Assembly (NCBI GenBank): GCA_951406725.2
Contig: OX597817.1
Span: 56,792,001 to 56,856,000 of the forward strand
DNA length: 64,000 nt
Origin: Octopus vulgaris
Taxonomy: Eukaryota
Direction: 5' to 3'
Positions 29,946-42,425 of the stretch are shown in pieces. Within the stretch, counting starts at the first letter, position 1. Each line of letters begins with the position of its first letter. The notes below the pieces were generated by a model. That model had not been told where the DNA came from. It did not search any database and was given only the letters and a program-made list of their open reading frames with translations. Made by a program: the position numbers and the translations under genes.

Positions 29946-30988
29946 GGTGGTGATGACGGTGGTGGTGATGGTGGTGGTGGTGGTGATGGTGGTAGTGATG
30001 GTGGAGGTGGTGGTGGTGGTGGTGGTGGTGGTAGTGATGGTGGTGATGGTAGTGGTGGTGGTAGTGGTGGTGGTAGTGGTGGTGTTGCTGCTGATGCTTC
30101 TGCTGCTGCTGCTGCTGCTCTTGCTGTGTCTCGTTGTCATCGTAGCTCTTATGCTTGTGACAGCAGCTGTAATCCGGTAAATGCAGTCGAGGCAAAATTT
30201 AATTAAATTAGCCATCTGCGTATCATATTCAATGTACATAGACTGTTGATAAACCAATTACCACAGAATTTGTCCTGAGATAATATCTATTACGGACGTG
30301 TACCGTATTGAAAACATAATAATCTTTCGGTTTCCGTCTACTAAATCCACTCACAAGGCTTTGGTTGGGTCGAGGCTTTACTAGACGACACAAGCCGGAG
30401 GTGTTATGCAATGAGACTGAACCCAGAACCATGTGGTTGGGAGACAAACTTTTTACCATACAACCACGAAATAACAAAAAACAAACCTTCATCCTTACAC
30501 AAAAAAAAAAAAACAGGTAGAAATTGTGCAAACCAGGACAAGATATAGAACCCACGACCTTCAGCTCATCAGCCGTATACCGTAACCATTCAGCCACGCT
30601 CTTTCTCAATAGAAATAGGAGTGACAGAGCTGCTGTCACATCTATTGTGCTAATGGTGAGGTTTTGCCATTATTGGTGTTTCTTTGGTTACAGTATAGGC
30701 TGTAGTGGAAGTAGTGGTGATAGCTATGGTAACAGTGTTGTTATCATTGTTATTGATTTCGCAGTAACATTCCACAAAATTCGATCAGCGCGTATCGATA
30801 AGTTTTTACATCATTGTCTTTTGTAATTCATGATTTTTGTTAGATTTCATGGTTTGGTTTTGTCGCAGTTCTTTGTGTTTCAATGCAATCGATCGATTGT
30901 TATACACGCAGATGTGTATATAAATACATATATATATATTTGCGTGTGTGTGTGTGTGTGTATTGTGTATGTGTATGTGTGTGTGTAT

Positions 30989-31021
<33 letters not shown>

Positions 31022-31063
31022 GTGTGTGTATATATATATACATATATATATATATCTACATAT

Positions 31064-31122
<59 letters not shown>

Positions 31123-31145
31123 TATCGAGAGGGAGAGAGAGAAAC

Positions 31146-31229
<84 letters not shown>

Positions 31230-31247
31230 GAATAGATAGATAGATAT

Positions 31248-31309
<62 letters not shown>

Positions 31310-31645
31310 GTATATGTGTGTGTGTGTGTACAGAGAGAGAGAGCGAGAGACTGTGTGGGTATGTGTTTAAGAGAATGGAGAGGAGGGAGGTGGAGAGGGA
31401 GGAGTCGGTAGAAACACCATTTTTACAAATATGTCAGCTCAATTGGAAAACTTCATCAAGATGGCTTTTTGTGGGGTTTTGTTTTATGTTATTTCATTTG
31501 TTTTTGTATATTTTTTTCTAAGGACATAAAAAATAATATTGTTTTCCGCCATTTTAGTTCAATGTGGAAATAATCTTTCTCTTCCGCTATATTTCTATTT
31601 CTCTATCTCTATCTAATTATACATCTCCCCCCCCCTCTCTCTCTC

Positions 31646-31708
<63 letters not shown>

Positions 31709-31720
31709 CTACATATATAC

Positions 31721-31764
<44 letters not shown>

Positions 31765-31969
31765 GAGTGTATGTGTGCATGTATGTGCATATATATATAT
31801 ACATATATACGTATGTATGTGTGGATGTATGTATATATATATATGTGTGTGTGTGTGTACGTATAAATATATATATATGAATGTATAACTATGTATATAC
31901 ACACGTATATATGTGTGTATGTATGTATGTGTATGTATATACATACATACATATATATATATACATATA

Positions 31970-32063
<94 letters not shown>

Positions 32064-32587
32064 CAGAGAGACAGAGGCAATGTATATCACTGTTGTAGCA
32101 ACAAAACATCAGATTTAATCTGTTTATGTTATTATTTAAATCAATTTATTTTATTTATTTCACTCCGACTCCATGATATTGTTTTTGGTTTTATTTCTTT
32201 CTGTTTTTATTTAAATATTTTTTAACTTTCTTCGCCAAAATTCTTTTGCTTCTTTTTGGCATTCAAATTCCAAGTCCCATCGAGGTGGACTTAGTCATTT
32301 AATATTCCTAGGTTGATATAATAAAGTACTGGCGTAAAGTACCAACCCTCCCTTGACAAAATTTCAGACCTTGTACCTGAAGCGCAGAAACGTTGGTGCG
32401 TCGGACAAACTGCATTGTGGTATTTTTTCCAGCTCTTTGTTTCCTGTGTTCAAATCCAGCCGAGATCAACTTCGTCTTTCATCGTTTCGGGATGCGTGAA
32501 ATAACAGAAGCAGTCAAGCACTGGTTTTGATGTACTCGACTAACCTCCACTTCTAAATTGCAAACACACATTTTTATTATTTTTTTC

Positions 32588-33282
32588 TACTCTAGGCACA
32601 AGGACCGAAATTTGTGGGAAGGAGGGCCAGTCGATAAGATCGACGTCAGTACGTAACTGGTACTTAATTTATCAACCCTGAAAGGATAAAAAGCAAAGTC
32701 GACCTCGGCGGAATTTGAACTTAGAACGTAAAGACAGACAAAATACCTATTTCTATTTCTTTACTACCCACAAGGGGCTAAACACAGAGAGGACAAACAA
32801 GGATAGACAAACGGATTAAGTCGATTATATCGACCCCAGTTTGCAACTGGTACTTAATTTATCAACCCCGAAAGGACGAAAAGCAAAGTCGACCTCGGCG
32901 GAATTTGAACTCAGAACGTAACGGCAGACGAAATACATATTTTTTTACTACCCACAAGGGGCTAAAAACAGAGAGGACAAACAAGAACAGACAGACGGAT
33001 TAAGTCGATTATATCAACCCCAGTGCGTAACTGGTACTTATTTAATCGACCCCGAAAGGATGACAGGCAAAGTCGACCTCCGCAGAATTTGATCTCAGAA
33101 CTTAACGTCAGACGAAATACCTATTTCTTTACTACCCACAAGGGGCTAAACACAGAGGAGACAAACAAGGACAGACAAACGGATTAAGTCGATTATATCG
33201 ACCCCAGTGCGTAACTGGTACTTAATTTATCGACCCCGAAAGGATGAAAGGCAAAGTCAACCTCGGCGAAATTTGACCTCGC
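32588..33282 (-). repeat. SINE family B tandem array (four bodies, about 180-bp period)
   Basis: Repeated unit tttactacccacaaggggctaaacacagag...gacctcggcggaatttgaactcagaacgtaa. Further family B copies at 33317-33750, 35083-35290, 54448-54675, 55490-55655 and 60492-61275. Confidence 0.85.
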
Positions 33283-33784
33283 CGTGTTACACATTTTATT
33301 ATTAACGTATTCCAAAGGCGGCGATCTGGCAAAATCGTTAGCACAGCGGGTGAAATGCTTTGCGCTATTTCGTCTGTCTTTATGTTCTGAGTTCAAATTC
33401 TGGCGAGGTCGACTTTGCCTTTCATCCTTTCAGGGTCGATAAATTAAGTACCAGTAAAAAAACTGGGATCGATGTAATCGACTAGTCCCCTCCCCACAAA
33501 TTTCATGCCTTGTACCTTAAATAGAAAGGATTATTATAACAAGCTGGCAGAGTCGTTAGAGCACTGGACAGCGCTGGACGAAATAATTAGCGGTATTTCG
33601 CCCGTCGCTACGTTCTGAGTTAAAATTCCGCTGAGGTCAGCTTTGCCTTTCATCCTTTCGGGGTCTATAAATAAGTACTAGTTGCACAGTAGGGTCGATT
33701 AATCGACTCATCCCCTCCCCCGAAATTGCTGCCCTTGCGGCAAAATTCGAGACTATTATTATTATTGTTGTTGCTACTGCTGCT

Positions 33785-35080
33785 GTCGTTGATATGTTTT
33801 CCTTCGTTTACAATCTTGCTTTACCATTTTGTCCATCAATACTTTGGTACTTCTGCATCTCCTTCTACAATCTTTTTGTTCTGTCAGTAATATATCGTTC
33901 TCATTAAGAAATTTGTACAGTTCTTCTGCAATTCCTCCACGCAGTAACTTCCACATTAATGAGCGGCAAGAAATTGGCCTGTAATTGTCGGCAGCCTTTC
34001 CTTCAGACACGACACCGTTCGTCCTTTTGTCAACCAGCCCAGGGTTTCTTCTCTATCGATCAGTGCATTAAATTGCTCTGCGATCAATTTATGGCACCTC
34101 CTAAACTTTTATTCTTTTTTCCAAAATCCCTGCATACCATCAGGTCCTACTGCTTTCCAATTGCTTATCCTTTTACTCATATTTCTGATATTCTCTTCTG
34201 TGAAATGGATAGCCTCTTGCTGGGAATAAGAAGCCGTTTGATTCAGGGTGCAGAAACCATTCAGCTGCAGTATTATGTTGTTCATGCTTACTCCATATCT
34301 TACTCCAAAACTATTGACTTTCATCAGCATTAGGAACAAATCTTTTACATTCTATATCATCTTTAATTTCTTGATGACACCTTTTCTAGTCGATTCTAAA
34401 CAATTGGCTTTGTCGGTATTGTTTAATCCGTTGTTCAAACCCAGTTAGCTTTGCTTTTTTGGCAAGTATGCGCTGCTTCAGTTCTTCCACTATAACATTC
34501 AGACTTTTTGTATCTATACCATACTTCTTCAATTTTTCAAACTTGCATTCATTCATCAATTCTCCATTTCTTTTCTTGATAAGTATTGACACTACACTGC
34601 TCAAGGAGTTTATATCTTCTGATATTCTCCTTTTCCATCATGTTTGTTTATTTCCTCTCCTATCCTTCGATGTTCTGTTCCCAATAGTTCCCAATCCCAT
34701 CCTTTCTGCCACAATCCTATTTGCAGCCTTAATGAGTTTATTTGTTTGTGTGATGTTCTTTGTTTTCACGTGTCTCAATACATTATAGACCCTACTTGTC
34801 TCTTGGTTTAGTCGCCATTGGTTAGCACATACAGTCGCACATAAATTCTGTCTTTTCTGCATTTAATAGATCCAAAATCCTGTTCACTGTTTGGTCTTCA
34901 TTGTTTAAATTGTCACTGATCTCGATTCTTTCACGATTCACGATAATATATTCTTGCGAACGACTGTCCCTCCCTCCCACTATAACACTTTCGTTTCTCG
35001 TATGCCCAGCATCAACTGATATCCTTCTTTTAATAGTTTCTAGCTTCAATTCTGTTAACCATCCGTTCTTTCGTATTGCT
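33785..35080 (-). mobile_element. R4/Dong-like retrotransposon fragment (N-terminal region to early RT)
   Basis: EELKQRILAKKAKL..FEQRIKQYRQ..LF, NWKAVGPDGMQGFW and NYRPISC..LMWKLL...EQK.CRR. Many frameshifts. Confidence 0.8.
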
Positions 35081-35668
35081 CATGGCGGCAAACTAGCAGA
35101 ATCGTAAGCACGCCGGACAAAGCGCTTAGCGGTATGCCGTATTTCTTCCGGCTTTACGTTCTGAGTTAAAATTTCGCCGAGGTGACTTTGTCTTTCATCC
35201 TTTCGGGGTCGATAAAATAACCAGCTTAGCACTGGGGTCAATGTAATCGACTAGTCCCAAAGTTTCAGGCCTTGTGCTTCTAGTAGAAAGGTTTATTAAT
35301 ACAGTTATTTTTAGGACGGCAACGCCCGGCCCTGTATGAATGTATGAATAAACCTTTGATGAGATACCGTATATTGAAACAGATGTTGCTGTATTTTTGG
35401 GACATTCGATATTTGTTTACAGATACACACGTTACAGGAACGCAGTCCCCACTGTCGCCCTTTTTTGTTGATTTGTCAACGTCTTTCATCCGACGTATCT
35501 CTCATCATCAACGTGTCGTCTGTTCCTACTCACCGAGAACTTATTGACAATGTTTCAGTTCTCAGAATAGACATTTTGACAAGTCATTCAATTCACGAAG
35601 GGAAAAGCAGCCATTATTGATAGAAAAATATTCATAAATGACAACTGTGTGGGGGTGGTCAGTGTGCG

Positions 35669-35786
<118 letters not shown>

Positions 35787-35829
35787 GATATATATATATA
35801 TATATAGATAGAGGAATAGATATATGTAT

Positions 35830-35866
<37 letters not shown>

Positions 35867-36646
35867 GATAGGTAGATATGTATATATACATACATGCATA
35901 CGTACATATATACCTACACACCATATATATATATATATATATATATGTGTATATATATATGTATATATATATAGTCGTTTTACCAATTTTGTGGATACTG
36001 TAGCATTTTCTTTCACCTCTCCCCTCATTACTGATTTCAAATATTTTTGGCCACTTTTGTCGGAATTCTAGTTCAAATTTTTTCCTCCCTGTTTAACAAA
36101 CGTAAACCTAGAAACCATTCTTCTAACTCCAGCTCGCTTTTCTTACACACTTGCATGCACATTTCTAACACCTTCCACCTTGCACTTACGTGCATCATCA
36201 CACACTCACACATGCCGCCCACCCCTTTCTCACCTGCACTCTTTCACACTACGCACTCACCCCGTTTATACCCAGCTATAGATGCACTCTCATACGTGCA
36301 TCTACACACCCATCCCGTCTACCCGTATTAACTGTTCCCATATGACTGCATTCCTGCCTGTCCAATTTCATCTTTTTGTTTGCCCTCTGCATCTTTCTAT
36401 ATATATATATATATATAATAGAAATATTAAAATAACTAAGTCTCTCTAAAAGAGAACAGCGGCAGCGTTCCCGGAAAATAATAGTTATCGCCATACTAAT
36501 ATGGCATTCTTATAAAAATAAGAAAAAAGCTGTCCGCTTATTAGCTCCATGAGGCCATCGCCTTAAGTTAGCTATTTGATACACAAACTGTATCCATATA
36601 ACCTTCGAACAAGGGAGGTCAGTCGCTCCACACTACTTGACCGGCA

Positions 36647-36688
36647 GCTACAGACGCGTTTCAGGGTATTGCCCCTTTTCAATGCAGC
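36647..36688 (-). ncRNA. Type I minimal hammerhead ribozyme, U3-A8 core variant
   Basis: Minus strand: GCUGCA-UUGAAAA-GGGG caaua CCCU-GAAA-CGCG-UC-UGUAGC. Stem I 6 bp, stem II 4 bp, palindromic CGCG in stem III, GUC cleavage triplet. Confidence 0.8.
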
Positions 36689-36950
36689 GTAGCCAGCCAG
36701 TAGGTGTCGCTTCCTAAATCTTTATTATGATTATAAAAATCTTACAGAGATAGTACATTACAATACAAAACATAATTACAAAAAGTTTACGTTGTTCGTT
36801 TGATATTTACATATGTTGATTATTGATTATGATACTAGACTTTACTTTTCTCCTTTTTTTTTAAAATTAAAAATGATTTTGGCCAGCTAGATATATCACA
36901 GTCAGGATTCTTACCCGACAGCCTAAGAGCCCAGAGACTATTTTCTCCCT

Positions 36951-39900
36951 TCATGATGACCAAGCAGGGTTACTCACACCCACCTTTTTTATCACATCCT
37001 TCCATCGATTCACATACTTTTTCTGTGTCAGGTTCCTCTTCTCTAAATCCATCTTGCTCTTTAGATGGTATCTGAAGTATTTTAACATACCATATCCAGA
37101 GACAAAGGTTCCTGACACCAAACCTTCCAATCTAGTTCTCCACACACACTCTTTCAGTACTGCCACCGTACAGTGAAAACAAGCCTCACCTTCCTTTGAG
37201 AGTCCAGCTGGCGGTATCATCTTTATTATAGAACCAGCCGATAGCTGTACTCGTCCCAGATGCGACAACACGTGTTCTACGTAACTTATTAAGCCTGACA
37301 GCTCCTGACAATGTACAAAAGCGTGCTGGACGGTTTCATCGTCCAACCCACATCTTGGACATGTCGGTGGCACTGACATTCCATGCCTATATAACTTATC
37401 GCGAACAGGTAGAGCATTCCTATAGCACTGCCAAGTCAGGGATTTTTGGTAATTGTCCAAATACCCCGGCTTGAAAGTCTTCTTAAACAGGTCGGATAGT
37501 TGATCCTCATCGAACCCCAGAGCCCCTCTTAGGACGTCGTCATTTTTTGCCTCTACCATCCTTCTATAAAATGTCGAGGTGGTATTCCCGCAGCCGGCTT
37601 TGCCTATCTTGTGGATCAGCCAGAGTGCCTGTCGGCACTCTTTCTGCCATAAAGTCAGGTTCCGTCTTTTAATGAAACCGGGTTTAAATCTCTCCATAGA
37701 GTCCGGTTGCGGGAAGAAATTATCTGCCAGCGGACTCCACACCTTATCACCTTCCAGGTGAAACCAGAGATGTCTCAGTCTCAGCGCATGCCTGCGCATC
37801 ATTAACCAAGGCATCCCCAGCCCACCCTTTAGTGGTTCCTGGCAACACACGGAGCGCCTTACAAGTGGCTTTCCTCCCTTCCACAAAAAGCGGAAAAGGA
37901 GTCGATCCAACTTGCTTAGCCACAAATCGGGGCAAGGCACGACAGTCAGGCGATAGGTGATTACAGATGCTATAAACACCTGTACCACCTCCGCCCTCCC
38001 TTTCAAGGAAAGATGCCTTCCGGACCACTCCCGAACAATGGCTTCTACCTTGGTCACTACCTCGCTCCAATTTTTCTCCGTCTGGGAGTCTGAACCAAAC
38101 CAAACTCCAAGCAATTTAACAGGACCATCTGTCCAGTGTCCAACAACACTGGACGATATCGGCTTGTTCCTCCAGGTGCCGAGGCGCAAACTAGTGGACT
38201 TGTCCTTGTTAACTTTTGCCCCAGCCACCGCTTCGTATCTTCGGAGAGCACCTTCTACACGAGTTAGTTGTGCTTCGTTGGACACGATGAAGGTGACGTC
38301 ATCCGCATACGCAGAAACAGACTTACCGCATCCGATTTCATTAGGATTGCATCTCACCGTCTCCAACTTCCGCAGCAATGGCTCAAGAGCCAAAACGTAC
38401 AGGAGAGGGGACAAGGGACATCCTTGACGAACTGAACGCTTAATCGAAAACGGTTCCGTTAAGTAACCGTTTATCTGGACTGTGGACTTGATACCGCTGT
38501 ACATAGCTGATATCCACCCGCGAAAGTCAGGACCTAGCCCAGCCGCTTCGAGAACCGTCGCCAGGTACTGATGATCTACCCTATCAAATGCTTTACTTTG
38601 GTCTAAATGGACCAATGCCCCTCCTTTGCCGGCTAATTGCCCAACCCTGTCTATAGTGTAGCGTAGAAGGTGAAGATTATCTTCGATCGACCTGCCTGGG
38701 ATTGCACATGTCTGTGCCTTTCCGACAAGTTTTTCCATGACGACCTTCAACCTTTCTGCTAACACCTTGGCCAAAATCTTTAACTCTACATTAAGTAGAG
38801 TTATGGGCCTATAATTACTAATATTATCCCCCTTGCTCGGGTCTTTCTGGATCAGCGTCACAACTCCCCGGCTCACAGAACTGGGAATCCTCCCATTCTG
38901 TTGCCAGTTTGCGTAGACGCTTGCCAGTATGTCCCCGAACAAGTCCGGCATACAACAATAAAACTCATAGGGCAGACCATCCAGTCCCGGCGACTTTTCC
39001 CGGGCGCATTCAGCCAAAACCCCTCTTACCTCCGCGGGAGTAATCGGTCCTTCACAGCGTTCCGCTCTGCTTGGCGAGAGCCGAGGCCCACCAGCTAGGA
39101 AGTTCTGTAAGTCCTCCCCTCGCTCGAGTGGATCGCCCTCCCCAAACAACCGAGCGAAATGCTGTTGAAAGACCTTCTGTATCTCCTCCTGTCCATAGAT
39201 TTTGCGTCCCTGTTCGTCAGTTAAAGACTTAATAGAGGACTTTTTGCCCTTCTGACTCTCCACACGACGTGCCCATCCGGCAACATTAATACCTTCTCGT
39301 TTCACTGCACGTAGCTTAGCTCTGACTCTACATCCTTCATGCTTGGCATTGAGGTGACGGTACAAGATCGTTCTCTCTGCTAACACTCTAGATGCACAGC
39401 CAGATCCCATTGCCTCGTCTAAGTTCTTAACTAAATCGCCCTCTATTCTAGTCCTATCTAAACTTAGCTGGTTGCTAAATCTAATGGACTCCAAACGGAT
39501 GGCTCTTTTGAGGGCGATCCACCATCTATTATTAATGATGGTTCCACATAATGCCCTCTGGACTAATTCCATAATCCGGTTACGGAAAGCTTCACAAGCC
39601 AAAATAGACTTGTTCATTTTCCAGTATCCGGGTCCCTGTCTATGGCATTTATCTACATGTACCTCACACGTCACTAATTTGTGATCCGTGTAAGGCACAA
39701 TACAAAATTGTGGACAGCTAATGCTATTCCTATCTCGTTCTTTAACAAATACCCTATCTATATACGATCTGCGTGAGCCGTCATTGTTACTCCACGTCCA
39801 CTGTGGAATGCTCGGCTCATCCATTCGAAACCGATCTACTAGATTAAAGCTCGTCAGTAGACCCTTAAGGCAAGGATTCCCCCTTCTATCAGACGAGCCC

Positions 39901-40349
39901 ACACTATCTATCCGCGCATCGATGATAGTGTTGAAATCCCCTACCAATACTACCGTTTTAGACGTCACTAGAAAGTGCTCCAAGTTCCGATAAAAACCAG
40001 TCTGCCTACCCTCATTAGGAGCATAAACAGCTACCAACCTGAAGGACTGCTTACTTACGTGAGTTACATCGAGGACAACCAGCCTACCTTCTGGGTCCAT
40101 AAAGACAGTACTTACCTGTAAGTCCAAGTTCTTCCTGATAAGGACTGCCACGCCTGCACTTCCTCCTCGGCTAGGAGAAATAAATTTCTCGTAACCATTG
40201 AGAAGATGCGAGAACGCTTGGGTTCCTCTCATCTTGGACTCGGTGACAATGGCTACATCTATTCTGTGTGTCCTGAGGTCGTCCAGCAAGCAAGCCTGTT
40301 TCCATTTCGACCCCATTCCACGCACATTTATACAGCCCAACTTAATCAT
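36951..40349 (-). CDS. LINE ORF2: APE endonuclease + reverse transcriptase + C-terminal zinc finger (1132 aa)
   Basis: APE motifs INVRG, GDFN, SYIDR, TDH and the linker GPGYWKMN. RT motifs SPGLDG, NYRPITLLN, DQSKAFDRVDH, RQGCPLSP, YADD. Zinc finger CPRC-x8-H-x4-C. Confidence 0.97.
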   Translation of the reverse strand: MIKLGCINVRGMGSKWKQACLLDDLRTHRIDVAIVTESKMRGTQAFSHLLNGYEKFISPSRGGSAGVAVLIRKNLDLQVSTVFMDPEGRLVVLDVTHVSKQSFRLVAVYAPNEGRQTGFYRNLEHFLVTSKTVVLVGDFNTIIDARIDSVGSSDRRGNPCLKGLLTSFNLVDRFRMDEPSIPQWTWSNNDGSRRSYIDRVFVKERDRNSISCPQFCIVPYTDHKLVTCEVHVDKCHRQGPGYWKMNKSILACEAFRNRIMELVQRALCGTIINNRWWIALKRAIRLESIRFSNQLSLDRTRIEGDLVKNLDEAMGSGCASRVLAERTILYRHLNAKHEGCRVRAKLRAVKREGINVAGWARRVESQKGKKSSIKSLTDEQGRKIYGQEEIQKVFQQHFARLFGEGDPLERGEDLQNFLAGGPRLSPSRAERCEGPITPAEVRGVLAECAREKSPGLDGLPYEFYCCMPDLFGDILASVYANWQQNGRIPSSVSRGVVTLIQKDPSKGDNISNYRPITLLNVELKILAKVLAERLKVVMEKLVGKAQTCAIPGRSIEDNLHLLRYTIDRVGQLAGKGGALVHLDQSKAFDRVDHQYLATVLEAAGLGPDFRGWISAMYSGIKSTVQINGYLTEPFSIKRSVRQGCPLSPLLYVLALEPLLRKLETVRCNPNEIGCGKSVSAYADDVTFIVSNEAQLTRVEGALRRYEAVAGAKVNKDKSTSLRLGTWRNKPISSSVVGHWTDGPVKLLGVWFGSDSQTEKNWSEVVTKVEAIVREWSGRHLSLKGRAEVVQVFIASVITYRLTVVPCPDLWLSKLDRLLFRFLWKGGKPLVRRSVCCQEPLKGGLGMPWLMMRRHALRLRHLWFHLEGDKVWSPLADNFFPQPDSMERFKPGFIKRRNLTLWQKECRQALWLIHKIGKAGCGNTTSTFYRRMVEAKNDDVLRGALGFDEDQLSDLFKKTFKPGYLDNYQKSLTWQCYRNALPVRDKLYRHGMSVPPTCPRCGLDDETVQHAFVHCQELSGLISYVEHVLSHLGRVQLSAGSIIKMIPPAGLSKEGEACFHCTVAVLKECVWRTRLEGLVSGTFVSGYGMLKYFRYHLKSKMDLEKRNLTQKKYVNRWKDVIKKVGVSNPAWSS

Positions 40350-40373
40350 CGATGAATGAAGAAAGTTTGTTAC

Positions 40374-41855
40374 TTACGGTTGTGAGAGGGAGCATGGCAG
40401 CTTTTGTCTGCCTGCCTCCCCCACACTCTCCGTTGTTGCTGGGCATTTAATCGGCGTTGCCACCGGGCTCTGGGATGGAGTGGCTGCCGGGCTAATATTC
40501 AATTTTCCAGCTATCACCTCTTGTGTGACATCTTTAATCAGGTTGTCCCTCACGTGTAGTTGGAAGAGTCTCTCCTTCCATTCCTCCTCTCCAACCTTCG
40601 CATACCTCCAATCCGGGTTTTTTTCCGATGATTTGAAACATTTTATGTTTGGTTTCGCCTTTATGTACCAAACTACTCTCTCGTTTTTTGTGTTATAAGC
40701 AATGCACCTATCGGTTTTTTTGAATCCTTTTAAAGTTGGGGGCTGGGGTTTAATGAAATGCTGGCCTACAAAAGTAGTGCCAGCGGGGTGGGATTGGATA
40801 ATTTTTTTGTGTTGTTCTTCTGCGTTTGTTTTTCTTTTTGTTTGGGGTGGGGAGTCCGGGGTATTGGATTTCTTCCTTTTGTTGGTTACAGTCGTATATT
40901 CCATTACTTCCAGTTCTTTTCCATTTGATAAAATATTTTCCACCTCGTTTTCGTTTTCGCTTTGTTTTCCATTCATTTTCTTTTCCTCCTTTTGACTTTC
41001 ATTTTGCTTTTTCCGGGTATTCTCTTTAGTTGTTGCTGTGATGTCTGCTTTGTTCTCCACAGCGGTTTGAATGGGGGCATTAACGGGTTTTTTCTTTTTG
41101 CACTCTGAGCGGACGTGACCCTTCTGCCCACATTTGAAACATCTGGGCCTACGTCCCTCAACCGATACCCGCGCAGTGTGTCCATCCCCCACGAAGACCC
41201 TGTCTGGCAAACTCTCCAGCGTTGCATTGTCAGCTTGAACGATCATTTCAAGCTGCTGACCTTTCCAAAATTTTGCCTCTTTCATCCTCATGTTTAAAAT
41301 GTTTAATTTCTCTTCTACGTCGAATACGACCGCTGTTGCTGCCCACATTACATCGTAACCTGTTGGTATATCCTCTACTGTTATCTTAGCTGTTCTGCGC
41401 CCTAAGTACGTGGGCAGCAACAGGATGTCTGCACTCTTCAACGTTTGAGTTGAAATTTCCTTCGCTATGCTAGCCGACTCGAAATGCGCTTCAATAGTAG
41501 CGCTTCTCACTCCTCGGCCAACATAGCGAACCTTGTTCCAAATTGGTGCCATGCACCGTTCTACCAATTCATTTCTTACATCTGCAATCCTTTTTTCCTT
41601 AATATTATATACCTTATAAATTACCGTCTTCTCACGGATTGCTTGTAAGGTGTCAGGGGGCGGTATTATTCTCGTTTCTTCTCCATTCCTTTGTATGAAC
41701 TTTCTGAACTTGAAGAGATCCTCCATTGTTACTTCCAGTTCTATAACATTGCCTCCAACGGCTTCCGAAAAACTTTGTTTCTCCTTTGTATCCTTTTGCT
41801 TTATAACTTCTCCCATCTCGGGAAAATCAGAATTTGACGTTAAGTCAAGATCCAT
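40374..41855 (-). CDS. LINE ORF1 (gag-like nucleic-acid chaperone, about 493 aa)
   Basis: CCHC knuckle CFKCGQKGHVRSEC followed by a basic low-complexity region. First ATG at 41855; the track start at 41906 is a GTG. Confidence 0.88.
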   Translation of the reverse strand: MDLDLTSNSDFPEMGEVIKQKDTKEKQSFSEAVGGNVIELEVTMEDLFKFRKFIQRNGEETRIIPPPDTLQAIREKTVIYKVYNIKEKRIADVRNELVERCMAPIWNKVRYVGRGVRSATIEAHFESASIAKEISTQTLKSADILLLPTYLGRRTAKITVEDIPTGYDVMWAATAVVFDVEEKLNILNMRMKEAKFWKGQQLEMIVQADNATLESLPDRVFVGDGHTARVSVEGRRPRCFKCGQKGHVRSECKKKKPVNAPIQTAVENKADITATTKENTRKKQNESQKEEKKMNGKQSENENEVENILSNGKELEVMEYTTVTNKRKKSNTPDSPPQTKRKTNAEEQHKKIIQSHPAGTTFVGQHFIKPQPPTLKGFKKTDRCIAYNTKNERVVWYIKAKPNIKCFKSSEKNPDWRYAKVGEEEWKERLFQLHVRDNLIKDVTQEVIAGKLNISPAATPSQSPVATPIKCPATTESVGEAGRQKLPCSLSQP

Positions 41856-42383
41856 AATAAAATGCAAGTGACTTGTCACAAGAGACAAGATAAAAATTAA
41901 ATCCACACTGAATTAAAGTTCATATATAAAAAGAAATTTTCTACCCCGAAGGGCGAAAATTACTTTGTTTCACAAGTTAATACTCCAAAAATTGTACGTG
42001 TAAATCCAGAACAGAACGAACTAACATAACAGCTTACAGCGTAAAATAATCCGACGTAATCCAAGGAAAAATCAGTAGGTGTCGCTTCCGACAATCTCTG
42101 TTCGATGGTTTTATTTACCTAGTTTCGGTGGAATACATCCACTTGTTTTCAATAATAGAAATATTAAAATAACTAAGTCTCTCTAAAAGAGAACAGCGGC
42201 AGCGTTCCCGGAAAATAATAGTTATCGCCATACTAATATGGCATTCTTATAAAAATAAGAAAAAAGCTGTCCGCTTATTAGCTCCATGAGGCCATCGCCT
42301 TAAGTTAGCTATTTGATACACAAACTGTATCCATATAACCTTCGAACAAGGGAGGTCAGTCGCTCCACACTACTTGACCGGCA

Positions 42384-42425
42384 GCTACAGACGCGTTTCA
42401 GGGTATTGCCCCTTTTCAATGCAGC
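42384..42425 (-). ncRNA. Type I minimal hammerhead ribozyme, second copy
   Basis: Identical to 36647-36688. Confidence 0.8.

Larger units (their letters stand above)
36715..42072 (-). mobile_element. Full-length, apparently intact Tx1/L1-clade non-LTR retrotransposon (5358 bp)
   Basis: Two long open ORFs separated by 24 nt. Flanked by a perfect 17-bp direct repeat cagtaggtgtcgcttcc (36698-36714 and 42073-42089). AATAAA lies 6 nt before the 3' end. Confidence 0.95.

Noticed and set aside
37579-41871. Short plus-strand ORFs inside the LINE
   Set aside because: They are antisense shadows of ORF1 and ORF2, without motifs.
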